Shown here one piece after another: positions 28,930 to 40,372 of a stretch of DNA of 64,000 nucleotides. The first letter of the stretch is position 1; each line of letters begins with the position of its first letter. Location: the NCBI GenBank assembly GCA_964633505.1, contig CAZWHC010000002.1, positions 55,002 to 119,001 of the forward strand. The letters are read 5' to 3'. The notes beneath the pieces were generated by a model. The model worked only from the letters and a program-made list of their open reading frames with translations. It was not told the DNA's origin and did not search any database. Both the position numbers and the translations under genes were made by a program. This stretch comes from an uncultured Rikenellaceae bacterium (GTDB lineage: Bacteria; Bacteroidota; Bacteroidia; Bacteroidales; VadinHA17).

Positions 28930-30027
28930 TCATTCAGTGCATTTATGATTTGTTATGCTCTGTTTATACTCCGTAAGCAACGACTGAAAGATCTCCTTTA
29001 CTGATGATATCCTGGTAGCTCTGAAAGCATTACTTCCGGCAAATGCAAATCCATTCTCAAAGTTGCCTTTAAGCGCATTTATAAGTGCAACTATAATGCA
29101 ATAAGGACTTTTATCGATATCGCATGTCTTTATACACTTAAACGGGCATTTCTTCGGTTGTTTTTTACCATCTTTCACCTTTTGTATAAAGCTCGAAAAA
29201 ATAGCTCTTCCCGGCATGCCCACAGGGCTCTTTATTATTTCAATATCATTTTTACCTGCACCAATGTAAGCCTGTTTAAAACCTGTCGAAGCATCACATT
29301 CATGAGTTGTTACGAATCTTGTTCCCATCTGCACTCCTGATGCTCCGAGTTTCATTATGTTATTGATGTCCTGGCCTGTATAAATGCCGCCGGCTGCGAT
29401 CAGGGGGATTGACCTGTCGTATTTTTCTTCAAAAGTTTTCAGCTCGTCCACAATCTCCGGAACGAGTTTTTCAAGGGAATAATTGTCATCCCCGATTTGT
29501 TCCTCCTTAAAACCCAGATGCCCCCCTGCCTTTGGTCCTTCGACAATAACCGCATCAGGAAGATAATCATAGTTTGCCTTCCATTTTTCGCATATTATCC
29601 TGGCCGCTCTTGCTGATGAGACAATAGGTACAAGCTTTGTATTACTGTCTTTGGTTAAAAAGGAAGGCAGATCAAGAGGAAGACCGGCTCCTGCAATTAT
29701 CATATCAGCCTTTTCGGCGATTGAAGTCTTAATCATATCTACAAAATTTGTCATGGCAACCATGACATTGACTCCAATCACTCCTTTTGTTTTTTCCCTT
29801 GCCTTGCGTATCTCAGTTTTCAGACCATGAATGCTGGCTTCAAGGTAATTTTCAGAAAAATCTCTGTACAGAAGTCCGAGCCCCGCACTTGATATAATTC
29901 CTGCACCGCCTTCGTTTGCCACAGCAGCTGCAAGGCCTGAAAGAGAAATACCAACGCCCATTCCCCCCTGTATTACAGGAACAGGAATACACAGATTTCC
30001 TATTCTAAGTGCTTTCATTCTTTCCAT
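28930..30027 (-). CDS. nitronate monooxygenase / FabK-like flavoprotein
   Basis: PVIQGGMGVGIS, VEGPKAGGHLG, AAGGIYTG, GASGVQMGTRF. Confidence 0.93.
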   Translation of the reverse strand: MERMKALRIGNLCIPVPVIQGGMGVGISLSGLAAAVANEGGAGIISSAGLGLLYRDFSENYLEASIHGLKTEIRKAREKTKGVIGVNVMVAMTNFVDMIKTSIAEKADMIIAGAGLPLDLPSFLTKDSNTKLVPIVSSARAARIICEKWKANYDYLPDAVIVEGPKAGGHLGFKEEQIGDDNYSLEKLVPEIVDELKTFEEKYDRSIPLIAAGGIYTGQDINNIMKLGASGVQMGTRFVTTHECDASTGFKQAYIGAGKNDIEIIKSPVGMPGRAIFSSFIQKVKDGKKQPKKCPFKCIKTCDIDKSPYCIIVALINALKGNFENGFAFAGSNAFRATRISSVKEIFQSLLTEYKQSITNHKCTE

Positions 30028-30424
30028 ATTTTTTTTGAAATTTTTGGCGGTGAGGTTCCGGGGGCGATTGATTTTCTGATCCGGTTGAAATTAACATAAA
30101 AGCAGACTGGACAAAAATGCGTGAAAGCGCTGTCGGGTAATCACCTTGTTATTCAGTGGGTAAAGATAAGCAAAATTTCCGGATTATAAAATTACAATGG
30201 GAATAGCCCGACTGATTAAATGAACTGGTAAGTGGTTAATTTACTGGCAGTCAGGGAAGACCGGCAGCAATACTTGAAAACCGGTAACAAATGGCCTCCC
30301 GGAATGGGGAAGATAACAGACCTGACCAGACTCTTTATTTGATGAATATTTTTAATTTATTGAAAATAAACCTAATAAACCAATATTAAAGTCTATCTTG
30401 TGCCGAATTTTATAAAATCATATT

Positions 30425-30616
30425 ATGAGTAAAGGAACAGTTAAGTTTTTTAATGAATCAAAAGGATTCGGATTTATTAAGGAAGAGAATACACAGAAAG
30501 ATTATTTTGTGCATTCATCGGGATTGAAGGACAGCATCAGGGAAAATGATGAAGTGACTTTTGATCTGGAAATGGGTAAAAAAGGATTAAATGCAGTAAA
30601 TGTTAAACAAGCTTAG
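30425..30616 (+). CDS. cold-shock protein (CspA family)
   Basis: KGTVKFFNESKGFGFI (RNP1), FVH (RNP2). Confidence 0.96.
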   Translation: MSKGTVKFFNESKGFGFIKEENTQKDYFVHSSGLKDSIRENDEVTFDLEMGKKGLNAVNVKQA

Positions 30617-30644
30617 TTTATCGATTATAACTATTTAAACTTTT

Positions 30645-30767
30645 GGGGTTGTATCAAAAGTTCTTTCAGTACCAGTGTTGAACTTTGTCCCGGATACCCG
30701 GGAGTTAAGTAAGGGCACCGGGAGCAAATTATCAAATCATCAGAAATGACTCTTTTGATACAGCCTC
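30645..30767. mobile_element. MITE-like element with ~16-bp imperfect terminal inverted repeats
   Basis: GGGGTTGTATCAAAAG (30645-30660) vs CTTTTGATACAGCCTC (30752-30767); non-coding interior. Confidence 0.5.
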
Positions 30768-30791
30768 TTTTCTATTAATATACAAAAAATT

Positions 30792-30953
30792 ATGTTCGAA
30801 AAAAAGCAAAATGTCTTTAAATCGCCTGATCTCTCAAAGCTTAAAGAAGTTGTAATTGATCACAGGACGAAAATTTACGTTGCCATCGATGCAGATATTG
30901 AGGAAGCAAAAAACAATTACTTATTCAGGATCGCTTCAAAGAGGATAAAATAA
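30792..30953 (+). CDS. small 53-aa protein (below ORF-track cutoff)
   Basis: MFEKKQNVFKSPDLSKLKEVVIDHRTKIYVAIDADIEEAK...; clean ATG-TAA frame between two csp genes. Confidence 0.6.
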   Translation: MFEKKQNVFKSPDLSKLKEVVIDHRTKIYVAIDADIEEAKNNYLFRIASKRIK

Positions 30954-30960
30954 TAATTTC

Positions 30961-31416
30961 TTATTCCCTGAACAGTCTTACTTTTAATGCAGTAATTCCT
31001 TTTGGGCCTCTGCCGGTTTCAAAAATAACAGTATTGTCCTCCTTTACGGGTTCAAGTAAATTGTTGGCATGAACGAACACTTTCTGATTTGATTCGAGAT
31101 CCCGTATAAAACCAAAGCCTTTTGACGCATTATAAAAAGTAACTATTCCCTTTTTTTCAGGATTCTCATCTCTTGCAGGCCTGTTCTTGGCCATATCGAG
31201 ATCAATGCTTTCGGCAGACACAACGGTTTTCTTATCCGGATCGGGAGGCGTTGAACTTATCTTTCCGAATTCATCCACATAGGCAATCATATCTTCAAAA
31301 CTGTTTTTCCTGCCCTCGTTTTTTTTCTTTGCCCGTTTTTGCTCTTTTTCTTTCCTCTTCTTCTCTTTTTTGGTCCTTACTTCTTTTTTGCCTGACGTTT
31401 CCTGAGATCTTCCCAT
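30961..31416 (-). CDS. cold-shock-domain protein with basic N-terminal extension
   Basis: Lys-rich N-terminus, IAYVDEFG, KGIVTFYNASKGFGFI, VFVH. Confidence 0.9.
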   Translation of the reverse strand: MGRSQETSGKKEVRTKKEKKRKEKEQKRAKKKNEGRKNSFEDMIAYVDEFGKISSTPPDPDKKTVVSAESIDLDMAKNRPARDENPEKKGIVTFYNASKGFGFIRDLESNQKVFVHANNLLEPVKEDNTVIFETGRGPKGITALKVRLFRE

Positions 31417-31835
31417 ATGTTAATTTAAAATTGGTATTGATTTAGTGCAATTGCCAGCAGAAAATATTGTTGCATCCAAAGGCATCCTGACCGGATTAAT
31501 GGTCAGAAAAAATACTCGGGATCTGTAAGCTGGATCTGGGTGTAAAGATATCAATAAATCATAGAAAAACTAAACAATTAATTATTAGGTCATTTGGAGT
31601 CTCTTAGTAGACAATTTCTGAGAGAGATCCAGGTTGCAGGGAACGCAATTCATACTTTCAAATAACAACAGCTCCCTGGCCTCTTGTAAATACATCGACC
31701 AATATAAATTTGTAAGCCGTTCTTTTAAATATACACCATGTATAGCCCGAGATACTGATTGTAAATTATATCTTGTTAATATCCAGGAGTTTTACGAAAT
31801 TAGTAAAGACGTTCAGGTTATAATAATTCAATATC

Positions 31836-33581
31836 ATGAAAAGATTTCCGGAGAATTATACCTTGTGGTTCCTATTCATTCTTTCCTGCACTTCAGCCTG
31901 TTTGAATTTATTTTCACAGGCGTCTGAACCTGAAAAATCCGGTTGGGGGCGTTTAAATTATGATATCAAACCATCCGAAGATCGGCAAATCCCAAATGGA
32001 TGCACGGTTATTACTGCTGTAAAAGGAGATAAAGTGTTTTTCGGTGGTAATGATGACTATATCAATCCCGACAGCTATTATTGGGTTGAACGTGGCGATT
32101 CCTCAAAGTTCGGAGTTATCTGGATTGGCACACCCGATAACCCGCAGCAGGGGGTTAATGAGAAGGGATTGGCATACGATGCAAACGGATTGCCACCATT
32201 TGATGTGAATCCTCATTCCGAAAGAATCCCTGTTGAGGGAAAGTATTATCATAATTACGTGATGCAGATAATGCATGAATGTGCAACTGTTAACGAAGTT
32301 GTCAACTGGATCAATACTCATCAGCGATTCCCGTATATGCACGATCAGCTGCATTTTGCAGATAAAATTGGAGATGCAGTGATTGTCAGTGCGGGCAAAG
32401 ACGGGGAGATGGTTTTTACAAGGAAACAAAACGGTGACGGATTCCTTGTATCCTCAAATTTCAATGTCGCCAATCCTTCAAATGGTTTTGATTATCCTTG
32501 CCGGCGGTATGATAAGGCCAGCGAACTTCTCGGGCAACTGATAGGAAAGGCAGAACCCCCTGATGTTAAGGATATCACTGATGTTATGGATACAGTTCAT
32601 CAGGAAAAATCCAGCTGGACAATAGAAACCATGGTGGCTGATCTTACAGACGGCATCATATATCTCTACTACTTTTATCAGTATGACGATCCAGTTATTA
32701 TAAATTTAAAAGATGAACTGGCAAGTCCCAGGGTTGCCGGGCCTTTAAGCAGCCTGTTTCCTGAGAATGTGCAGGAGGAGGCGGCAAACCGTTACAGGCA
32801 GGTTACAAAGACAATCAGAGTAAATAATTTTGTTGGCCGGTCATGGGCAGCACTTATAATTATCAGCCTTGCATTTCTGTTCATTATGCCTCATGGGAAA
32901 AAAGAATTGAGATTCTGGATCCCTTCAATTATTGTTCTTGGTCCATTTGGCCTGATCCTGAAACTTCTAACGTTGAAGTCTGATAAATCATTATTATTGA
33001 AAGAAGCTCTTATCGAAACAACCGGTAACCTGGTGCCTGTAGTTATTGCATTTCTGATTTCACAGATAATGCTGATCTTTAGAGTATTATCCGGAGGTGT
33101 GAGCCAGAATCAACAGCTTCTGTATATCCTGGCACTTCCTTTGCTGACTGCATGGATCATTTTTCACAGCCCATTGCTGGCCCTGGCTGGTAAAAAGAAT
33201 ATAGTACGGTTCATGTTCAGGTGTCTTCCGCAGGTTCTGGTCGTAACAATTATTGGACTGGGAGGAATATTCCCTATTGCCATGCCTCTTGCAAATAAAA
33301 CCATTGCAATGTCGCAGTTAATGCCTTTGTCTCCATGGATTGTGATGACCTGGTTAACAATAATTGTTGCAGGCAGTATTATAGGAGGATTATTCATATT
33401 CTTTTACGAAACATGGGCGCGAAAAAGAGATTACAGGGCATGGACAGTCTTTGCAGGTTATGAAGGAGAAGTCAACACTCCAGGGCTCAGTAAAATCTGG
33501 TGGTGGATACTGATCAGCTTACTGATCCTTGTAGTGGGAATGGTTGCAGGTGTTTTGCTTCTTAAAGCAATGGCAGCATAA
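31836..33581 (+). CDS. Ntn-hydrolase (C45/C59 peptidase-like) with C-terminal membrane domain
   Basis: Putative nucleophile Cys in GCTV...FGGNDD, GVNEKGL, SNF; about 6 C-terminal TM helices. Confidence 0.78.
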   Translation: MKRFPENYTLWFLFILSCTSACLNLFSQASEPEKSGWGRLNYDIKPSEDRQIPNGCTVITAVKGDKVFFGGNDDYINPDSYYWVERGDSSKFGVIWIGTPDNPQQGVNEKGLAYDANGLPPFDVNPHSERIPVEGKYYHNYVMQIMHECATVNEVVNWINTHQRFPYMHDQLHFADKIGDAVIVSAGKDGEMVFTRKQNGDGFLVSSNFNVANPSNGFDYPCRRYDKASELLGQLIGKAEPPDVKDITDVMDTVHQEKSSWTIETMVADLTDGIIYLYYFYQYDDPVIINLKDELASPRVAGPLSSLFPENVQEEAANRYRQVTKTIRVNNFVGRSWAALIIISLAFLFIMPHGKKELRFWIPSIIVLGPFGLILKLLTLKSDKSLLLKEALIETTGNLVPVVIAFLISQIMLIFRVLSGGVSQNQQLLYILALPLLTAWIIFHSPLLALAGKKNIVRFMFRCLPQVLVVTIIGLGGIFPIAMPLANKTIAMSQLMPLSPWIVMTWLTIIVAGSIIGGLFIFFYETWARKRDYRAWTVFAGYEGEVNTPGLSKIWWWILISLLILVVGMVAGVLLLKAMAA

Positions 33582-33642
33582 TTTGAATGCTCATTTAAAC
33601 ATCGCATAATGAAGAAATTAACTTTGTTAACAGTACTCCAAT

Positions 33643-34704
33643 ATGAATTACAGGTTGCTACTATTTCTGGTTTCGGCGTTAATTACAGTATCATGTAAAA
33701 AAGAACCAGAAAACCGCTTTCCCCTGGCTGGTCATTATAATATTAACGGCGAGAAACTTGCCCTGGCTTTCGATGAGTTTAAATCTGTGAACGGAGCATT
33801 AAGCCTTATTGTCAGCCGCGACGGAGATATCGTCGCTGAAGAATACACGAGTTTTAACAGCTATGGGGCCGACACCCTTAAAAATATAATGTCGGTAACA
33901 AAAACCTTCACCGGTGTCCTTGTGGGACTGGCTATTGACAAGGGATATATCGGAAGTGTGAACGATCCTGTAAGTAAGTATCTGTCAGGTATTGTAACAT
34001 TCCCTGATAATATAAAAGCCAATATCACTATCGACCAGCTTCTTAAAATGTCATTCGGGCATTCCTGGAACGGTACCTCAGCCTCCAGCCTCTTTACAGA
34101 GTGTTTCTATGAATCCGAAGATAATCTGCAATTTATTATTGATCTTCCACTCGTCGCCACTCCAGGTACAGTGTTCAATTACAGTGATGGTGCCTCCCAT
34201 TTGCTGTCGGCAATTATCTCTGAAGCTACAGGTATCAGCACACTCGATTTTGCAGTGGAAAATCTTTTCAATCCGCTCGGTATTACGGAGTATGAGTGGA
34301 GTACCGACGACAGAGGCTATCACCTGGGTGCGGCATATCTGCGTATAAAACCACGCGATATGGTCCGTTTTGGTAATATGATCCTCAATAAGGGGAAATA
34401 TAATGAAGTACAAATAGTCCCGGAAAGCTGGATCAATGAGATGACCACCACTAAGATATCAACAAATAACGATGTCCCCTACGGTCCTGAGTACGGATAT
34501 CAGATATGGCTTGGAACTGTATCCGGCCACAGATATTTTATGGCAATGGGATGGGGAGGACAGTTTATAATTGTTGTTCCTGACCTTCAGCTTGTTATTA
34601 CTGCCACCTGTTGGACAAGCGATCTGACAGATCAGCAAGCCGGTGAACACTGGATGAGCATAATTCAGATAATTTTCGAGAAGATATTGCCTTGTGTTTA
34701 TTAG
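33643..34704 (+). CDS. serine hydrolase (class C beta-lactamase-like) lipoprotein
   Basis: SVTK (SxxK), FNYSD (YxN-like), RDMVRFG, GWGGQ; lipobox TVSC. Confidence 0.9.
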   Translation: MNYRLLLFLVSALITVSCKKEPENRFPLAGHYNINGEKLALAFDEFKSVNGALSLIVSRDGDIVAEEYTSFNSYGADTLKNIMSVTKTFTGVLVGLAIDKGYIGSVNDPVSKYLSGIVTFPDNIKANITIDQLLKMSFGHSWNGTSASSLFTECFYESEDNLQFIIDLPLVATPGTVFNYSDGASHLLSAIISEATGISTLDFAVENLFNPLGITEYEWSTDDRGYHLGAAYLRIKPRDMVRFGNMILNKGKYNEVQIVPESWINEMTTTKISTNNDVPYGPEYGYQIWLGTVSGHRYFMAMGWGGQFIIVVPDLQLVITATCWTSDLTDQQAGEHWMSIIQIIFEKILPCVY

Positions 34705-34849
34705 AGACACCCTCACTGTCTGAATTATTGTTCAAATGACTCCTGATGACCATATGATGGTAATCCCAAAAAATAAATATTGTGCTTATTTTGGATATCA
34801 GATTCAAAAATCAGTATATTGACATTAAATAACTTTAATTATTAAAAAC

Positions 34850-35704
34850 ATGAAACAAATAATTCTTTTAACAGTATTTCTTTTTGTTTATACTTCCGGC
34901 TTTGCCCAGATGCCTCAGCGACCATCGCCTGCACAGCAGGAAGCTTTTAAGAAAATGCAAAGCCTTTACGATTCATTAACACCAATGCAGAAGACTATGT
35001 TTTTTACTGAAGTAAAACACATAATGGACCCTGAAGTAACCATCATTCAACCTGGAACAGCCTCTGACAATCCTCCTTCTGATGCAATAATATTGTTTGA
35101 TGGTAGTGATATGAACAAGGAATGGGAAGAGGCTGCATGGAGACCTGGTACAGCTCCGAGCATAAAACCTGCTGTAACCTGGATTATAAAAGACGGAGCA
35201 ATGGAATCTGCCAAGGGATCTGGTTCTGTCCGGACCAAACGTTCATTCAATGATTTTCAATTGCACATTGAATGGAAAACTCCGTCAACAATAACCGGAG
35301 AAGGACAGGGAAGAGGCAATAGCGGTATTATTATCCAGGGAGTCTATGAACTTCAGATACTCGACAGTTATAATAACAGAACTTACAGGAATGGCCAGGC
35401 AGGTGCAGTATATATGCAACATGCTCCCCTGGTAAATGCCAGCAAAAAACCTGGAGAATGGCAGGTTTTTGACATTGTCTATACGGCCCCCCGTTTTAAA
35501 GACAGTACTACCTATTTTACTCCTCCAAGAATCACCGTCTTTCATAATGGAGTATTGATCCAGAATAATGTCAGTATACAGGGACCGACCGTTTCCCCCG
35601 GAATTCCTGGATATGTTATAACTGAACACGGACCGGGTCCTATTTCTTTACAACAGCACGGTAACCCTGTAGCATTCAGAAATATTTGGATAAGAGAGCT
35701 TTAA
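34850..35704 (+). CDS. DUF1080 / 3-keto-disaccharide hydrolase family
   Basis: PPSDAIILFDG, FNDFQLHIEW, GNSG, YELQILDS, LQQHGNPVAFRNIWIREL. Confidence 0.92.
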   Translation: MKQIILLTVFLFVYTSGFAQMPQRPSPAQQEAFKKMQSLYDSLTPMQKTMFFTEVKHIMDPEVTIIQPGTASDNPPSDAIILFDGSDMNKEWEEAAWRPGTAPSIKPAVTWIIKDGAMESAKGSGSVRTKRSFNDFQLHIEWKTPSTITGEGQGRGNSGIIIQGVYELQILDSYNNRTYRNGQAGAVYMQHAPLVNASKKPGEWQVFDIVYTAPRFKDSTTYFTPPRITVFHNGVLIQNNVSIQGPTVSPGIPGYVITEHGPGPISLQQHGNPVAFRNIWIREL

Positions 35705-35800
35705 TCCTTATCGCAAACTATGATGGTAACCATTGCCTGCCCGGGGTGAATGTTCGGGATAATCAGGGTGCTGGTCGAAATCAGGAAGATAGAATAATTT

Positions 35801-36326
35801 CTATTTTCCTGATTTAGTACTCAAATATGAAGATGCCATATCTGAAGGACCACCAGTATACCTTGGATAATTTGGATAGGAGCAAAGAAGAAAACCCTTA
35901 CCGTTTGGATTAGTCCCGATTCTTCCATCAGGATTTATTACAAGTGTTTTCAAAGGTGCAACTCCTCCTTCAACCCATGAGATTATCAGATCAATCTGAT
36001 CATTCATGCCCGGTGCCGGTATATTCATAACAGGCACGGCTTTCCCTTCACCGTTCATGTTATGGCTTTTACCTGCCAGATTGTGTCCACCCTGCGGAAC
36101 TACATATAATCGCGCGAATTTGTCTATTTTCTTCTGACGCATTTTATCAATTAATGACTGGTAGTAATCGATCTGGGCACCTGAGGAAGCAACAAAATCC
36201 ATTGTACCGATGGTGATAATTATCTTACCACCACTCTTATAGAAAGAGCTAAGGTCAGGATGACGGTAACGCGGCTCCCGACATTACAGAAAATGCCAGT
36301 AACCATATAACATACTTTAACTTCAT
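35801..36326 (-). pseudogene. tannase/feruloyl-esterase family pseudogene (large internal deletion)
   Basis: Signal peptide MKLKYVIWLLAFSVMSGAALPS (ATG 36326) joined out of frame to the C-terminal PDLSSFYKSGGKII...RLYVVPQGGH...WVEGGVAP...LCSYP. Confidence 0.72.
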
Positions 36327-36523
36327 AATTTCATGAGTTTGGAATAAAATTAGTTCATTCATAAAACATTCTCAACGGCACAATCCAAAAAAAACCATTC
36401 TGACCCGAAATTCCCCCAATTATTTCTATCGGGTTGCTTAATTTTATAAGGTTTATATTTGATTTAAACATATGTATTCTTTTTACCCATATTTTAAAAA
36501 TCTGTAATAGTTTTAAATTCTAA

Positions 36524-37681
<1,158 letters not shown>

Positions 37682-37864
37682 AAACAGTAAAAAAAGTGCT
37701 CTTCGTTCCCCGGCAATAGAAAGAATCCTGCATAAATGTAACTTGCAGGATTCCTTCAGTTGTCTGTATACAATATGCCAGATCAACAAAATATTCATCA
37801 TTTATATAAGAGACTTTTGTAACTTTGAGTCTTATCTCTCGCTGCTGCTAAAAGACTTAAAAAT

Positions 37865-40363
37865 ATGGATACTGACACAAACGATGACATTCAGTTAGCC
37901 AAGGATTTTGTACAATATACAAACAGGAGTATCTTCCTTACCGGGAAAGCGGGTACCGGGAAAACCACATTCCTGAAAGACCTCAGAAAAATCTCCCCGA
38001 AAAGAATGATAGTCGTCGCCCCGACCGGTGTTGCGGCAATCAACGCAGGTGGCGTTACAATCCATTCTTTCTTTCAATTACCCTTTCACCCTTATATTCC
38101 CGGATTTTACCTTCCGGAAAACAACCGCACAGGCCTTCCTGTCGGGAATGATCCGCCTGGTTATAAAATGAGCCGGGAAAAGATCAACATTATCAGAAGC
38201 CTTGATCTTCTTGTTATTGATGAGATAAGCATGGTCAGGGCTGATACCCTCGATGCTGTCGATTCAGCGCTGCGGAGATACCATAACCGCTTTCTGCCTT
38301 TTGGCGGTGTCCAGTTACTGATGATAGGCGATCTTCAGCAGCTTGCCCCTGTTGTCAGGGACGACGACAGGGAAATACTATGTAAATATTATGATTCCTG
38401 TTTTTTCTTCGAAAGCAAAGCCCTCGGCAGCATCGAATATGTGACAATTGAACTGAAACATGTATTCCGGCAGACCGACAGGATTTTCATCGACCTGCTT
38501 AATAAGGTCCGCGACAATAATATTGATCAGGAGACACTCACTCAGCTGAATAAAAGATATATCCCCGATTTTGACCCTGATTCGGGAGGGGGATATATTA
38601 CCCTTACAACCCATAACAATCAGGCACAGGCAATAAACGATTCGAAGCTTGAAAGGCTTCCCGGTAAAACTCATTTATTTTCTGCCGTTATAACCGATGA
38701 TTTTCCTGAACTCTCGTACCCTAATGCTGTTGAGCTTGTACTGAAGAAGGGAGCTCAGGTGATGTTCGTGAAGAATGATCTGTCGGGCGATAAGCTTTTC
38801 TTCAATGGTAAAATAGGGAAAGTAATATCTTTTGAAGACGACATTATTGTAGTAAGATGCCCTGATGATGAAAGCAATATAAGGGTTGAGAAGGCGGAAT
38901 GGCAAAACATGAAGTATACTCTTAATGAAGAGACAAAAGAGATTGATGAGACTGTAATCGGAACATTTACCCAGTATCCTCTCAAGCTGGCATGGGCAAT
39001 TACTATACATAAGAGCCAGGGACTTACTTTCGACAGGGCGGTTATTGATGCCGCGGCTGCTTTTGCCCATGGACAGGTATATGTGGCCCTTAGCCGGTGC
39101 CGGTCATTGGAAGGACTCGTGTTAAGCAGCCCGATCAATAATCGTTGCTTCAGGGAAAATCCCGTTGTTTCAGGATTTATTGACAGTTCACTCCGGAATC
39201 AACCCGACGGGAACCAGCTTGAGGAGTCAAAGAAAGCATTCCAGAGGCAGCTGCTGTCAGAGCTCTTCGATTTTAATTCCCTTTCTAACTTGTTAAATTA
39301 CAGTATAAAAACAGTAAGAGAGCATAATGAAGCCATTCTTGGAAATCCTGCTGAACAGCTTGCCGATATTTTATCATCAGTCAGAACAGATCTTATTGAA
39401 GTCTCGGAAAAGTTTCAGGTTCAGATGAAAATACTGCTAAACCGCGATCCCGACCTTAAAACCAACGTTGCCCTTCAGGAGCGGTTGAAGAAAGCTACAG
39501 CTTATTTTTCGGATAAGCTTGAAGCTGACCTCAAAGACATTATGAATGGATTTACTGTTGAAACAGATAATAAAACTGTCAGGAAATCAGTGAACGAGGC
39601 TCTTGAGAAGGTAAGAAAAGAGGGTTTATCCTTACTTGCCTGCCTTAATTCAGCAAGGTCAGGTTTCGACGTTGGCAGATATCTGGATGCAAGAGCAAAA
39701 TCAGCAATTGAGCTTCGCCCTGCAACACCACGTTCATCCGGTTCAGTGGAAGATAAATCGGGAATTGTCAGACATCCTGCATTACTGCGGAGGCTGAGGG
39801 AATGGCGCAATAATAAGGCAGAAGAATATGATCTTCCTCATTATATGATATTGCCACAACTCACTATGGTAACGCTTTCAAATTTTCTTCCTCAGTCGCT
39901 TCGTGCACTTAAGCAGGTAAAAGGGATGGGGACAAAGAAAATTGAAAAATACGGAGAAGAGCTTCTTGAAATTATTGTTTCATTTTGCAGCGAGGAAAAT
40001 ATTGAGCCGCCTGCTTTACCTGTAAATGAAAAGAAGAAGAAAAAAAAGGAGAGGGAAGATACAAAAAAGATAAGCTTCGATCTTTTCAGTCAGGGCCTCA
40101 CATTGGCTCAGATAGCAGGGCAAAGAAACCTAAGCATTACAACCATTGAAGGTCATTTGTCACATTATGTAGGAACCGGTCAGATTCCTGTCAGTAAATT
40201 CGTGTCAGATGAAATCATCGAACTTATCTCAGGGCAGTTTGAGGTTATGGAGGATCTTAAAATGGGACCTGTAAAGGAGGCTCTGGGCGAAAGGGTTACA
40301 TGGAGCGATATCAGATTTGTGGTAAACCATCTCCTGTATTCAGGGCAAAATATGAAAAAGTAA
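37865..40363 (+). CDS. Pif1-like SF1 helicase with HRDC and C-terminal HTH domains
   Basis: TGKAGTGKTT, IDEISMVR, GDLQQL, AITIHKSQG, YVALSR; HRDC (LREWR...PHYMIL...TL); HTH with TIEGHL. Confidence 0.93.
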   Translation: MDTDTNDDIQLAKDFVQYTNRSIFLTGKAGTGKTTFLKDLRKISPKRMIVVAPTGVAAINAGGVTIHSFFQLPFHPYIPGFYLPENNRTGLPVGNDPPGYKMSREKINIIRSLDLLVIDEISMVRADTLDAVDSALRRYHNRFLPFGGVQLLMIGDLQQLAPVVRDDDREILCKYYDSCFFFESKALGSIEYVTIELKHVFRQTDRIFIDLLNKVRDNNIDQETLTQLNKRYIPDFDPDSGGGYITLTTHNNQAQAINDSKLERLPGKTHLFSAVITDDFPELSYPNAVELVLKKGAQVMFVKNDLSGDKLFFNGKIGKVISFEDDIIVVRCPDDESNIRVEKAEWQNMKYTLNEETKEIDETVIGTFTQYPLKLAWAITIHKSQGLTFDRAVIDAAAAFAHGQVYVALSRCRSLEGLVLSSPINNRCFRENPVVSGFIDSSLRNQPDGNQLEESKKAFQRQLLSELFDFNSLSNLLNYSIKTVREHNEAILGNPAEQLADILSSVRTDLIEVSEKFQVQMKILLNRDPDLKTNVALQERLKKATAYFSDKLEADLKDIMNGFTVETDNKTVRKSVNEALEKVRKEGLSLLACLNSARSGFDVGRYLDARAKSAIELRPATPRSSGSVEDKSGIVRHPALLRRLREWRNNKAEEYDLPHYMILPQLTMVTLSNFLPQSLRALKQVKGMGTKKIEKYGEELLEIIVSFCSEENIEPPALPVNEKKKKKKEREDTKKISFDLFSQGLTLAQIAGQRNLSITTIEGHLSHYVGTGQIPVSKFVSDEIIELISGQFEVMEDLKMGPVKEALGERVTWSDIRFVVNHLLYSGQNMKK

Positions 40364-40372
40364 ATTGTACTT

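Noticed and set aside
33643-34704. Antibiotic-resistance beta-lactamase call
   Set aside because: Motifs only place it in the broad serine-hydrolase/AmpC-like family, most members of which are esterases or peptidases
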